A stretch of 64,000 nt of DNA, taken from NCBI GenBank assembly GCA_963775425.1, contig CAVZJB010000005.1, positions 96,001 through 160,000 on the forward strand, given 5' to 3'. Origin of the DNA: an uncultured delta proteobacterium (GTDB lineage: Bacteria; Myxococcota; UBA727; VGSZ01). The translations under genes were made by a program, and so were the position numbers. Shown piece after piece: positions 40,906 to 54,427 of this stretch. The notes under the pieces were generated by a model, which saw nothing but the letters and a program-made list of their open reading frames with translations, made no database searches and was not told the DNA's origin. Position 1 is the first letter of the stretch, and each line of letters opens with the position of its first letter.

Positions 40906-42078
40906 ATGAAGGTCGCAACAACGCTCAGGACGGGAAGCGCGGAGTCGGTGGCGCGGGACGGCGCCGCGGCGCTGAAGGCCGATCTGGCGGCGGCGCCGGC
41001 GTTCGTGATGGCGTTTTCGTCGACGAAGCAGCCGCTCGGCGAGGTGCTCGCGGGGCTCGCGCGCGATCTCCCCGAGGCGCTCGTGCTCGGCGCCTCGACG
41101 TCCGGCGAGTTCACCGAGGAGGGCGACGCCAAGGGCAGCACCTCGCTGTTCGCCGTCGCGGGCGAGATCAAGGCGTTCGCCGGCTTCGCCACCGACCTCG
41201 CCAAGGACCCCGAGGCGGCGGTGCGCTCCGCGGCCGCGCAACTGCCGAAGGCGGTGGACGGCTACCCCCACCGCACGGCCATCGTGCTCCTCGACGCGCT
41301 CTCGGGCGTCTCCGAGGAGACCACGCTCCTCGTCGCCGACGCGCTCGGCGCCGACGTCCGCCTCGCCGGCGGCGCCGCCGGCGACGATTTCCTCTTCAAG
41401 ACGCCGCTGGTCGGCGTCGGCGGCAAGACGGGCAACGACGCGCTCGCGCTCGCGGTGCTGTTCACCAAGAAGCCGCTCGGCGTCGGCGTGTGCCACGGAC
41501 ACAAGGCGCTCAGCCCGCCGCACAAGATCACACGCTCGAAGGGCGCCGTCGTCTACGAGGTGGACGGCAAGCCCGCGTGGGACGTGTGGCGCGCGGAGAC
41601 CCGCGAGGCCGCCAAGGCGCGCGGCATCGACATCGACACCATCGCCGACGCCGACGTCGGCGCGTACCTCCTGCAGTTCGAGGCCGGCCTCGACGCCGGC
41701 GCGGTCCCGAAGATCCGCGCGCCGTTGTCGCGCGCCGCGGACGGCTCGCTCTCGTTCGCGTGCGGCATCCCCGAGGGCTCGGTGATCCGCATCCACGAGA
41801 GCCAGCCCGAGCCGCAGATCGACAGCGCGCGCGAGGCCGCGCGCCGGGCGAAGGCGCAGATCGGCGGCGGGCCGATCGCGGGCGCGCTGGTCTTCGACTG
41901 CATCTGCCGCAACCTCATCCTCGGCGATCGCTTCGGCGAGGCGGTGCGCGGCATCCGCGACGAGCTCGGCGGCGTGCCGCTCGCGGGCTTCGAGACCTAC
42001 GGAGAGGTCGCCCTCGGGGCGGGCGACATGTCCGGCTTCCACAACACCACGTCAGTCGTCCTTGCTTTCGGGGGTTGA
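40906..42078 (+). CDS. FIST signal-transduction protein
   Basis: GASTSGEF, AGGAAGDD, VYEVDGKPA, IPEGS, FDCICR, GFETYGE and FHNTT. Confidence 0.92.
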   Translation: MKVATTLRTGSAESVARDGAAALKADLAAAPAFVMAFSSTKQPLGEVLAGLARDLPEALVLGASTSGEFTEEGDAKGSTSLFAVAGEIKAFAGFATDLAKDPEAAVRSAAAQLPKAVDGYPHRTAIVLLDALSGVSEETTLLVADALGADVRLAGGAAGDDFLFKTPLVGVGGKTGNDALALAVLFTKKPLGVGVCHGHKALSPPHKITRSKGAVVYEVDGKPAWDVWRAETREAAKARGIDIDTIADADVGAYLLQFEAGLDAGAVPKIRAPLSRAADGSLSFACGIPEGSVIRIHESQPEPQIDSAREAARRAKAQIGGGPIAGALVFDCICRNLILGDRFGEAVRGIRDELGGVPLAGFETYGEVALGAGDMSGFHNTTSVVLAFGG

Positions 42079-42087
42079 GGTCCACGC

Positions 42088-42321
42088 GTGAGCCACCCAC
42101 ACGCCCGCACCGAGCTCGCCTCGCTCCTCAGCCAGAACCTGGGGACGGAGAAGGCCAATGAGCTGGTCTCCGCCGCCGCGCGTGAGCTCGGCTTCGGCGA
42201 CCCGCTGTCCACGTCCCAGTGCCTCGAGATCCTCGAGCGCGTCGCTGCGCAACCGGGCCTCGTCGGCATCGCCGCCCGGTTCGCCAAGAGCCGCGTGCTC
42301 TTGCGGTGGTCGGGCGGGTAG
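42088..42321 (+). CDS. Small hypothetical protein coupled to the FIST gene
   Basis: GAGG RBS, 9 nt after the FIST stop, helical (LGTEKANELV...PGLVGIAARFAK). Confidence 0.7.
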   Translation: MSHPHARTELASLLSQNLGTEKANELVSAAARELGFGDPLSTSQCLEILERVAAQPGLVGIAARFAKSRVLLRWSGG

Positions 42322-42324
42322 AGG

Positions 42325-43050
42325 TCACCTCCCGCGCACGCGCACGGCAACGACGAGCTTGGCCAGGTCCCTGGCCACCCGCGGCACGCGGCGCACCAGC
42401 GCGATGGGCGGGCTGCGCTGCTCCTCGAGCTCGATGGGGATCTCCTGGACGCGCAGGCCCGCGCGGCCCGCCCGGATGACGAGCTCGCTGGCGAACAGGT
42501 CCTTGTCGACGACGCAACTGTTCACCACCGGCAGGAGCGGCGCCTTGAGGAACGCCTTGAGCCCGTGCGTGTCCGTGCCCTGGAAGCCGAGAGACACCCA
42601 CAGCGCCGTGTTGATCATCTTGGTGGCCACGCGCCGCGTGAACGGCCGCCGGTCGCGCGCGCCGGGCATGGCCTTGCTCCCGACGACCATCTCGCACTCG
42701 TCGTGATCGAGGCGGCGGAGCGCGCGGCGGTGGAAGTCCACGTCGCACATGTCGATCTCGTCGCAGAGGATGATCTTTCCCCGGGCGGCCTCGATGCCCA
42801 GGCGCAGCGCCGCCCCGTAGTTCGGCTCGGAGATCTCGAGCACCGCGATCTCCGGCAGCTCGCGCATGAGCTCCTGCGCGATGGGCACCGTCTGATCGAC
42901 GCAGCCGTTGGCGCAGACCAGCAGCTCGAAGGGCCGCTTGAGCCCGCGTAGATCGCCGACGAAGCGGCGGAGCTGGCGCTCGAGGATCGCCTCCTCGTTG
43001 TAGACGGGGATGACGACGCTGAGCTCGGTGGCTTTCCGCTTGGCCGGCAC
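42325..43050 (-). CDS. Glycosyltransferase family 2 (Dol-P-Man synthase-like)
   Basis: LSVVIPVYNEE, NGCVDQT, YGAALRLG, CDEID, VVGSK and DTHGLKAF. Confidence 0.88.
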   Translation of the reverse strand: MPAKRKATELSVVIPVYNEEAILERQLRRFVGDLRGLKRPFELLVCANGCVDQTVPIAQELMRELPEIAVLEISEPNYGAALRLGIEAARGKIILCDEIDMCDVDFHRRALRRLDHDECEMVVGSKAMPGARDRRPFTRRVATKMINTALWVSLGFQGTDTHGLKAFLKAPLLPVVNSCVVDKDLFASELVIRAGRAGLRVQEIPIELEEQRSPPIALVRRVPRVARDLAKLVVAVRVRGR

Positions 43051-43592
43051 TAGAAGCTCATCGCCGTCTGCACGCCGAGCTGCGCCCGCAGCTTGGCGTT
43101 GTACTCGTCCGAGAGGCGCTTCAGCCCGGCGGCGTCGACGGGCGACTCCTCCTCGAGATACGGCAGCCCCGCGATGAGGCCGCCGGCGCCGAGGCCGACG
43201 GGACAAAGGCACGAGCCGGCGAGCGCGGAGATGACCGCGGCCGGCGCCGCCCACCCGATCACGCTCGGATCCGTCGACGTGGAGCCGTAGATGGTGAGGC
43301 CGACGAACGCGCCCCACCCCGCGGCGCACAGGCCGGCGCCGGTGACGCCGAGGCCGATGCCGAGGCCGAGGCCGCTGCTCTGGGCGTCCTTCACCTTGTC
43401 GACGAGGTCCTTCCTGCCGATCTCGGCGAAGAACGCCGACAACGGGACCTCCGCGTGGTTGCGCAACACCTTGTCGCCCTGGACCTCGAAGCGCCGCTGC
43501 GCGTATTCGCGCGCCGCGTCGTCCGCGCGCGCGGGGGCGGCGGCGAGGGCGGCGGCGACGACGGCGGCGAGGGCCGTGCTGCGAAGGCGCAT
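43050..43592 (-). CDS. Hypothetical exported/membrane protein
   Basis: Signal peptide and two Gly-rich hydrophobic segments. Stop overlaps the GT2 start. Confidence 0.65.
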   Translation of the reverse strand: MRLRSTALAAVVAAALAAAPARADDAAREYAQRRFEVQGDKVLRNHAEVPLSAFFAEIGRKDLVDKVKDAQSSGLGLGIGLGVTGAGLCAAGWGAFVGLTIYGSTSTDPSVIGWAAPAAVISALAGSCLCPVGLGAGGLIAGLPYLEEESPVDAAGLKRLSDEYNAKLRAQLGVQTAMSF

Positions 43593-43751
43593 CGATTCGC
43601 CTTAGCGAATACGCGGGGCCGCGGGAAGGTCCCTGAGCGAACACTTGAAGGTCCGTCGTCAACGGCGCGTTTTCCGGGTCCCTTCCGGCGCGCGCCCGCG
43701 CGCGGTCGACGAGCGCTCGCCGGAGGGGCCCGGCGAGGTTAGAAGGGCCGC

Positions 43752-47480
<3,729 letters not shown>

Positions 47481-47521
47481 GACGCGGCGGCGACGGCGCA
47501 AATTTCGGGCGGGTCGCGCGG

Positions 47522-48571
47522 ATGTCCTTCATGGGCATGCGCGTCGTGTTCTTCTCCGATACCCACCTCGGCCTCGACACCCCCGCGCGGCCGCGGGTGG
47601 ACCGGCGTCGCCGCGGCGAGGACTTCTTCGACAACTTCGAGCGCGTGCTGTCGTTCGCCGCCGCCGAGCGCGTGAGCCTCGTGCTCCACGGCGGTGACCT
47701 CTTTTTTCGCTCACGCGTGCCGCCGTTCATCGTCGACCGGGTCTACCAGCGGCTGCTGCGCTTCGCCGACGGCGGCGTCTGCGTCGGCCTCATCGCGGGG
47801 AACCACGAGCGCTCGGTGCTCCCGCCGTCGCTCTTGCTCGCGCACCCGCGGATCCACGTGTTCGCCGCGCCGAGCACGCACGTGTTCGACGTCGACGGCG
47901 GCACGCTCGCCGTCACCGGTGTGCCCTTCATCGGCGACGGCGCGCGCTTCGTCGGCTCGCTGCACGGGGCGCACGCTTCGCATGCGGCCTCGGCGGGGGG
48001 CGGCGGCGCGGACGCGCACGTGCTCCTCGCACACGAAGCCTTCGACGGCGCCGCCTGCGGGCCCGGAGACTTCGTCTTCCGTGCGCGCGGCCCGGGCACC
48101 GGGGGCCACGCCGACGTCGTGCCCGTGGGCCCGCTCCCCAATCGCTTCGACGCCGTCTTGTCGGGCCACATCCACCGCCGGCAGGTCTTGTGGCGCGCGC
48201 GGCGCCGGCCAGACGAGCGGCGCGTGCCCGTGATCTACGCCGGCTCCGTGGAGCGCACGAGCTTCGCGGAGATGGGCGAGCAAAAGGCGTTCGCCGTGAT
48301 CGAGCTGAACGGCGCCGGCGCCGGCGGCCGCGTCCGCTTCGTGCCGCTGCCGGCGCGCCCCATGCTCGACGTGGGCGCGCCCCGCGACGACGACGACGAC
48401 GACGACGACGACGCCCTCTTCGCCGCCCTCGCGGGCGTGCCCGACGACGCCATCGTCCGCGTCACCTGCGACGAGGCCCTCGCGGTCCGCGTCCGCGCCT
48501 GGGCGCGCGGCGGCGGCACGCGTGCGACGCTCGCGTTCGCCGGGCGCGTGAGCGGCGGGCCGCGGCGGTGA
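47522..48571 (+). CDS. SbcD/Mre11-like metallophosphoesterase nuclease
   Basis: SDTHLG, GGDLF, AGNHE, LAHE, SGHIH and YAGSVERTSFAE. Contains a (GAC)9 poly-Asp tract. Confidence 0.85.
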   Translation: MSFMGMRVVFFSDTHLGLDTPARPRVDRRRRGEDFFDNFERVLSFAAAERVSLVLHGGDLFFRSRVPPFIVDRVYQRLLRFADGGVCVGLIAGNHERSVLPPSLLLAHPRIHVFAAPSTHVFDVDGGTLAVTGVPFIGDGARFVGSLHGAHASHAASAGGGGADAHVLLAHEAFDGAACGPGDFVFRARGPGTGGHADVVPVGPLPNRFDAVLSGHIHRRQVLWRARRRPDERRVPVIYAGSVERTSFAEMGEQKAFAVIELNGAGAGGRVRFVPLPARPMLDVGAPRDDDDDDDDDALFAALAGVPDDAIVRVTCDEALAVRVRAWARGGGTRATLAFAGRVSGGPRR

Positions 48572-48583
48572 TACGGTCACGAC

Positions 48584-49044
48584 GTGCCTGCGAGGAAGAA
48601 GCCCGCGACGCCAGCCACGTACACCACGCTCTTTCCGCAACACCTCGTGAAGACCCTCGTCGGCGTCGTCGACGGACAGCCGCTGCGCTGCGTCCTCGGG
48701 CGCGCGAACGCACAGAGCGACTTCGCGCGTTTTGTGTGCCTCATCGCGCGCATGCTCGTCACGTACAAGGGCACCGTCGGGGCGTGGAACAAGCAGCGTG
48801 GCGCCGCCGACCGCATCGTTGCGAGCCCGTGGACCCAGGTGCTCGCCGGCGAGCGCGGGACGCCGCAGCACTTCTTCCGGCCGCTGCCGCCCGACCTCGT
48901 GCGCGCGCTGCGTTACGACGGGGTGAAGGGTCCGCGCGCGCGATCGACGACGAGGGGAAGCTCAGGAAGGCCATCAGCGTCGACGGCGTGTTTCGCTTGA
49001 TGCCCGACAGCGGGGACGAGCTCACCTGGCTGTCGTGGATCTGA
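48584..49044 (+). pseudogene. Hypothetical protein split by an apparent frameshift at a (CG)5 tract
   Basis: Coding-like codons switch frame at 48933-48942. Removing one CG gives ...GPRAIDDEGKLRKAISVDGVFRLMPDSGDELTWLSWI*. Confidence 0.55.
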
Positions 49045-49109
49045 CGAGCGCCGGCGGGCCGCGAAGCTCGGACGCGGCTCAGCGTGATGGGCGAGCGGGC
49101 AGCGGCTAG

Positions 49110-49931
49110 CTAGAGGGCGACGCCGCGCTTCATGCGCCGCGACGCCCGCTCGACGATGCCGGCGAACGCCGCGTGTGGGACCAGGCGCTTGAACAGCCAG
49201 GCGGCGGCCGCGTCTCGGTGGGTGAGCACCAGGAAGTCGCCGCGCTCGATGGCGCGGAAGGCGCGGCCCGCGACGAGCTCGGCGCTCACCGAAGAGCCGG
49301 TGACCATGCGCTCGGTCATGGCGACGACGTCCGGCGCCGACGTCTCCGCGAGCGACTTTGCGAGGTCGGTCTTGAAGAACGACGGGCACACCACGCTCAC
49401 CTTGATGCCGTCGGCGGCGAGCTCGGTCTGAAGCGTCTCGGAGAGCGCGACCACCGCCGCCTTGGTGGCGTTGTACGTGGCCATGAACGGCAAATGCACG
49501 AGGCCCGCCATCGACGCGACGTTGACGAGGTGGCCGGCGCGCTGTCGCTTGAAGATCGGCACGAACGCCTTGCAGCCGTGCACCACGCCCATGAGGTTGA
49601 CGTCGATGACCCTGCGCCACTCCTCGAGCGGGACGTCGTCGAGCGCGCCGCCGCTGGCGACGCCGGCGTTGTTCACCACCACGTCCACGCCGCCCCAGTC
49701 GTCGACCAGCGAGCGCGCGGCGCCCTCGAGGTCCTCGGCGCGCGTGACGTCGCAGGGGACGAAGCGCGCGCCGAGCGCGGACGCCGCCTCTTCGCCGCGC
49801 GCCGGGTCCTTGTCGCCGATCGCGACGCGGGCGCCGGCCTTGGCCCAGCGCGCGGCGAGGGCGCGGCCGAACCCCGAGGCGCCGCCGGTGATGAAGACGC
49901 GGCTCGGTTGCGAGGCGGAGGGCTTGGTCAT
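49110..49931 (-). CDS. Short-chain dehydrogenase/reductase
   Basis: ITGGASGFG, NNAG, VASMAG and YNATK. Confidence 0.93.
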   Translation of the reverse strand: MTKPSASQPSRVFITGGASGFGRALAARWAKAGARVAIGDKDPARGEEAASALGARFVPCDVTRAEDLEGAARSLVDDWGGVDVVVNNAGVASGGALDDVPLEEWRRVIDVNLMGVVHGCKAFVPIFKRQRAGHLVNVASMAGLVHLPFMATYNATKAAVVALSETLQTELAADGIKVSVVCPSFFKTDLAKSLAETSAPDVVAMTERMVTGSSVSAELVAGRAFRAIERGDFLVLTHRDAAAAWLFKRLVPHAAFAGIVERASRRMKRGVAL

Positions 49932-51073
49932 CGGAGGGCTCCTTCGAGCAGGCGGGCGGTGTCGACGAGGGCGGCGCGGCAGGCGGGGCTGATACCGGCG
50001 AGGTTGGCGAAGCCGTGCACGAGGCTGTCGTAGCGGCGCAGCGTGGCGTCGACGCCCGCCTCCGCGAGCGCGCGGGCGTACTCCTCGCCCTCGTCGCGCA
50101 GCGGGTCGAACCCCGCCGTGACGACGACGGTGCGCGGCATGCGCCCGCGTCGCTCTCCCAGGGCGCCGAGCGCGTCGAGCGGCTGCAGCCGGAGGTCGCC
50201 GCCGCCGACGTGGCCGGAGTAGTGCCGTTCGAACGCGTCGATGTCGGCGCGCTCGAGGAGGAAGCCGCGCGCGAACAGCTCCAGGGACGGGCGCACGCGC
50301 CGCCGGCACGTGGGGGGATACAGGAGGAGCTGCGCGGCGGGGACGGCCTCGCCGTCGCGGACGGCGTCCTGCACGGCGACCGCCGTGAGGTGCGCGCCGG
50401 CGCTGTCGCCGCCGACGGCGATGCGCTCGGGGTCGACGCCGAGGGCGGCGGCGTTGTCGAACGCCCAGCGCAGCGCCTGTCGTGCGTCTGCGAGCGCGGC
50501 GGGGAAGGGCGCCTCGGGCGCGAGCCGGTAGTCGACGGACAGCACGTCGACGCCGGCGTGGCGGCAGAGCGCGCGGCACACGCCGTCGTGGGTGTCGATA
50601 TCGCCGAGCACGAAGCCGCCGCCGTGGAAGAACACGAGGAGCGGCGCCGGCCGCCGCGCACCGCTGCGGTAGTGGCGCGCGCGCAGGGCGCGCTCGGGCC
50701 CGACGAGGACCACGTCGCGTGCGCCGTCGACGTCGACGCGACCGCCCTGGTGTACGAGGCAGTCGCGGCGGAACCGGCGCCGCGCGTCATCCACGGGGCC
50801 GTCGGTCATGCGGCCGCCGCCGAGCCGCTCGCGCAGGGCCAGCATGAGCTGCATCTCGGGGTGCAGCGTCAGCCCGTCGACGACGACGGGCGCGCCGCCG
50901 GCCATCTTGCGCTGCACCCCGGGCGGCAGGCTGAAGATGGCGCGGGCGAGCGCGCCCTCCACGCGATCGTTCCCGGCGACGAGGTGGCGCACGCGCGCCC
51001 TGAGCGAGCTCTTGCCGCTCGCGGTGTGCGCAGCCTGGGGGCGGGCGCCGCTCGAGGCGGTGGGGGCGTTCAC
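49928..51073 (-). CDS. HSL-family (family IV) lipase/esterase
   Basis: HGGG, DYRLAPE, GDSAG, DPLRDE and HGF. Confidence 0.93.
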   Translation of the reverse strand: MNAPTASSGARPQAAHTASGKSSLRARVRHLVAGNDRVEGALARAIFSLPPGVQRKMAGGAPVVVDGLTLHPEMQLMLALRERLGGGRMTDGPVDDARRRFRRDCLVHQGGRVDVDGARDVVLVGPERALRARHYRSGARRPAPLLVFFHGGGFVLGDIDTHDGVCRALCRHAGVDVLSVDYRLAPEAPFPAALADARQALRWAFDNAAALGVDPERIAVGGDSAGAHLTAVAVQDAVRDGEAVPAAQLLLYPPTCRRRVRPSLELFARGFLLERADIDAFERHYSGHVGGGDLRLQPLDALGALGERRGRMPRTVVVTAGFDPLRDEGEEYARALAEAGVDATLRRYDSLVHGFANLAGISPACRAALVDTARLLEGALR

Positions 51074-52566
51074 GGGGCACCTCCTGCGCAGACGTAGTCG
51101 GCACCGCGAAACGCCGCGCGCTTCTTGAACGCGCGCGGCGAGCGGGGCCACAGCGTGGAATTGCGGCCGCTGCCGTCGAGGTACCAGCTCGAGCAGCCGC
51201 CGCTCACCCAGACCGTGCCGCGCATCTTGTTGTCGACGTCGGCGAGGAAGCGGGCGGTGGCCTCTTCGGTGGGCTCGATGGCGCCGTGCGCGGCGATGTG
51301 GCCGACGGCGTCGACGACGTGGTCGAGCTGCGCTTCGATCATGGTGAGCACCGAGGTGTGGCCGAGCCCCGTGTTGGGTCCCTGCAGCAGGAAGAAATTC
51401 GGAAAGCCCGGGATCGTGGTGCCGACGTGGGCGAACGGCGTGTCGCCCCAGCGCTCCTTGAGCGTGCGCCCGTCGCGGCCGAACACAGTGCGCGCCATGG
51501 GCGGGTCGGTGACGCGGAAGCCCGTGGCGAGCACGATGACGTCGACGTCGCGGGCGACGCCTGCGCCGTCGACGATGGAGCGCTCGCGCACCTCGGAGAC
51601 GCCGTCGACGACGAGCTCGACGTTGTCGCGCTGGAGGGCGGCGTAGTAGTCGTCGCTCATCAAGATGCGCTTGCAGCCGACGGCGTAGCCGGGCGTGAGC
51701 TTTGCGCGGAGCGCCGGGTCCTTCACGCTCGCCCGCAGGTAGCGCAGGGCCAGCCTGCGCAGCAGGCGCTCGGCGCGCGCGTCGATGAAGCCCGCGAGGA
51801 GCACCCCGCGCATGGACGAGACGGCGCCGCGCACCATGCGCTGCAGCACCGGCGCACGCGCGTAGGCCCGCTTTCTCCGCTCGGAGATGGGTCGATCGTT
51901 GCGCGGAAAGATCCACGGCGGCGTGCGCTGGTGCACCGTGAGCCCGCCCACGAGCGGCGCGATGGCCGGGATGATCTGGATGGCCGACGCGCCCGTGCCG
52001 ACGACCGCCACGTTGCGCCCGCGCAGGTCGACGTCGTGGTTCCAGCGCGCGGAGTGCATGACGTCGCCGGTGAAGCGCTCGATGCCCGGCAGCGACGGCA
52101 CCGCGGGCTCGCTGAGCGCGCCCTGGGCGCCGACGACGACGTCGGCGACGAACGCGCCGCGCGAGGTTTCGATGTGCCACGCGCCGTCCCGCCAGCGCAG
52201 GGCCTTCACCTCGTGGTGGAAGCGCGGGCGCACGCCGCGCGCGGCGGCTACGCGCTTGAGGTACGCGAAGATCTCGGGCTGCGACGAGTAGGAGCGCGTC
52301 CACGACGGGTTGGGCGCGAAGGAGAGCGAGTACAGGTGCGACTGCACGTCGCACGCGCAGCCCGGGTAGGTGTTGTCGCGCCAGACGCCGCCGACGTCGC
52401 CGGCGCGCTCGAGGATGGTGACGTCGTGAAAGCCGGCCTCGCGCAGGCGCACGGCGGCGCCGATGCCGGCGAAGCCCGCGCCGATGACGGCGATGCGCGG
52501 GGACGACGGGGACGACGCCGCAGCGGGGCGGCCGGGGTCGAGCGCGGAGCGGATCGCCGGTACCAT
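51070..52566 (-). CDS. Baeyer-Villiger-type flavin monooxygenase
   Basis: GAGFAG, GGVW..NTYPG, FTGDVMHSARW (FxGxxxHxxxW), GTGAS and ATGF. Confidence 0.94.
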   Translation of the reverse strand: MVPAIRSALDPGRPAAASSPSSPRIAVIGAGFAGIGAAVRLREAGFHDVTILERAGDVGGVWRDNTYPGCACDVQSHLYSLSFAPNPSWTRSYSSQPEIFAYLKRVAAARGVRPRFHHEVKALRWRDGAWHIETSRGAFVADVVVGAQGALSEPAVPSLPGIERFTGDVMHSARWNHDVDLRGRNVAVVGTGASAIQIIPAIAPLVGGLTVHQRTPPWIFPRNDRPISERRKRAYARAPVLQRMVRGAVSSMRGVLLAGFIDARAERLLRRLALRYLRASVKDPALRAKLTPGYAVGCKRILMSDDYYAALQRDNVELVVDGVSEVRERSIVDGAGVARDVDVIVLATGFRVTDPPMARTVFGRDGRTLKERWGDTPFAHVGTTIPGFPNFFLLQGPNTGLGHTSVLTMIEAQLDHVVDAVGHIAAHGAIEPTEEATARFLADVDNKMRGTVWVSGGCSSWYLDGSGRNSTLWPRSPRAFKKRAAFRGADYVCAGGAP

Positions 52567-52597
52567 TCAGTACCAAGCTATGGTACGGTTCGGTACC
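52559..52597. promoter_or_regulatory. Symmetric TetR operator filling the divergent intergenic gap
   Basis: GGTACC-ATTCA-GTACCA-AGCTA-TGGTAC-GGTTC-GGTACC: four GTAC-core boxes in dyad symmetry. Confidence 0.75.
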
Positions 52598-53191
52598 ATG
52601 CAAGCGCTTTCGTCCCCGCTCCCGTCCGAAGCCGCCGTTCGTCTGGTCGCGGGGATGCTCGACGCCATCGAGGACAAGGGCTACGGCGCGCTCACAATCA
52701 GCGACGTGGTCCGCCACGCCCGCGTGAGCAAGCGGACGTTCTACGAGCACTTCAAGACCAAGGAGGAGTGCTTCCTGGCCGCCTATGCCGCCGCGTCCGA
52801 GGAGACCCTGCGCGTCATCGAGGCCGCCGCCGACGGCGCCGCCACGTGGGGCGCGGGCGTGGACGCCTCGGTGCGCGCGTACCTCGAGCTCCTCGAGGAC
52901 AAGCGCGCGCTCACGCGCACGTTCCTCCTCGAGATCCACGCCGCCGGCCCCGCCGCCCTCGCCGCCCGCCGCGCCGTGCACGGGCGCTTCGCGGAGCTGC
53001 TGCGCCGGCTGGTGGCCAAGGCGCGGCGCGATCGCAGCGACGTGAAGGCGCTGTCACCCAAGCTCGCCGTCGCGCTCGTCGGCGGCATCAACGAGCTGGT
53101 GCTGGTGGCGCTCGAGCAGGACGGCGAGCGCCTGTGGGCGTTGCAGGGCGCCGCCACCGAGCTCGTGCGCGCGGTGGTGATGCGCCCCTGA
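52598..53191 (+). CDS. TetR/AcrR family transcriptional regulator
   Basis: KGYGALTISDVVRHARVSKRTFYEHFKTKEECF helix-turn-helix. Confidence 0.93.
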   Translation: MQALSSPLPSEAAVRLVAGMLDAIEDKGYGALTISDVVRHARVSKRTFYEHFKTKEECFLAAYAAASEETLRVIEAAADGAATWGAGVDASVRAYLELLEDKRALTRTFLLEIHAAGPAALAARRAVHGRFAELLRRLVAKARRDRSDVKALSPKLAVALVGGINELVLVALEQDGERLWALQGAATELVRAVVMRP

Positions 53192-53194
53192 CGT

Positions 53195-53989
53195 TCAGGG
53201 CATCAGCGCCGTGAAGCCCACGAGCGACATGCCGCCGTCGACGGCGACGACGGAGCCCGTGACGTAGCCCGCGCCGCCGGAGCAGAGGAACAGCGCCATC
53301 TCGGCGATGTCCTCGTCTTGCGCGAAGCGCCCGAGCGGGAGCGTGGACGTGAGCTTGTTGCGCGCCTCTTCGTTGGGCGTCAGGCGCGCCATCCCTTCGG
53401 TGCCGTCGACGGCGCCGGGCCAGATGGCGTTCACCCGCACGCCGAGCGGGCCCCACTCGAGGGCGAGCGCCTTGGTCATCATGTCGACGCCCGCCTTGGC
53501 CGCGCACACGTGGGCCTGCAGCGGCGCCGGGCACCCGGCTTGCGGCGCGCTGACGTTGAGGATGCAGGCGCCGGGCTTGTTCAGGTGCTCGAAGGCGAGG
53601 CGGCAGGCGTTGAAGGTGCCGAGCACGTCGATGTCGACGACGGCCTTGAAGCCGTTGGGCGACATGCCGAGCGCCGGCGCGGGGAAGTTGCCCGCGGCGC
53701 CGCACACGAGGACGTCGAGGGGCCCGAGCTCCGCGGCGCCCTTGGCGATGGCGTCGCCGAGGGCCTTCGGATCGCGCACGTCGGCGACGAGCGGGACGGC
53801 CTTGGCCCCCTGGCGCGCGGCGGCGAGGGACGCGGCGGCGGCGGCGGCCTTGTCGGGGTTTCTCCCGAGGACCGCGACGTCGGCGCCGGCCTCGACGAAG
53901 CGCCTGGCGATGCCGAGGTTGATGCCGCCGGTGCCGCCGGTGACGAGCGCGGTCTTTCCGAGGAGGACGTCGTCTTTCAGGGTGCGCAT
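53195..53989 (-). CDS. SDR, 2,4-dienoyl-CoA reductase-like
   Basis: GGTGGINLGIA, CGAAGNF, SPNGFKAVVDID, HVCAAKAGV, EWGP and PLGR. Confidence 0.88.
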   Translation of the reverse strand: MRTLKDDVLLGKTALVTGGTGGINLGIARRFVEAGADVAVLGRNPDKAAAAAASLAAARQGAKAVPLVADVRDPKALGDAIAKGAAELGPLDVLVCGAAGNFPAPALGMSPNGFKAVVDIDVLGTFNACRLAFEHLNKPGACILNVSAPQAGCPAPLQAHVCAAKAGVDMMTKALALEWGPLGVRVNAIWPGAVDGTEGMARLTPNEEARNKLTSTLPLGRFAQDEDIAEMALFLCSGGAGYVTGSVVAVDGGMSLVGFTALMP

Positions 53990-54094
53990 GGGCGCGACCC
54001 TAAAGAGCTGCTCCCGTTCCGGGAAGACAGGTCGGCCGGCTCCGGCGCGGCGGCGGCGCGCCCGCCGGCTCGAAGCGCGGGACGACGACGCCCG

Positions 54095-54427
54095 CTACTT
54101 CCCGGGGAGCTTTTCGAGGATGGCGTCGAAGGTCTCGAGCTGCGGGGGCCCGAGGTAGACGTCCTTGAGCGACGACCCGCCCTCGCGCGCGGCGGCGTGC
54201 GCTTTGACGAACGCCTCCGACTGCGTCCAGGCCTCGAAGGCGGCCTTGCTCGCCCAGACCGTGTGCGTGGCGAAGAGCGTGGCGTCGTCGCCCTTGGGCC
54301 CGCGCAGGAGGTGGAAGCTCACGAAGCCGGGGACGCCGTCGAGGTGGCTGTCGCGCTTGTTCCAGACCTCTTCGAAGGTCTCTTCCTGGCCGGGGCGAAT
54401 GCGGAAGCGGTTCATGGCGATGTACAT
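54095..54427 (-). CDS. Antibiotic-biosynthesis-monooxygenase family (IsdG/HmoA-like heme-degrading) protein
   Basis: MYIAMNRF, FEEVW..R...L..VPGF, W.SK.AFEAW..SEAF..AH. Confidence 0.85.
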   Translation of the reverse strand: MYIAMNRFRIRPGQEETFEEVWNKRDSHLDGVPGFVSFHLLRGPKGDDATLFATHTVWASKAAFEAWTQSEAFVKAHAAAREGGSSLKDVYLGPPQLETFDAILEKLPGK

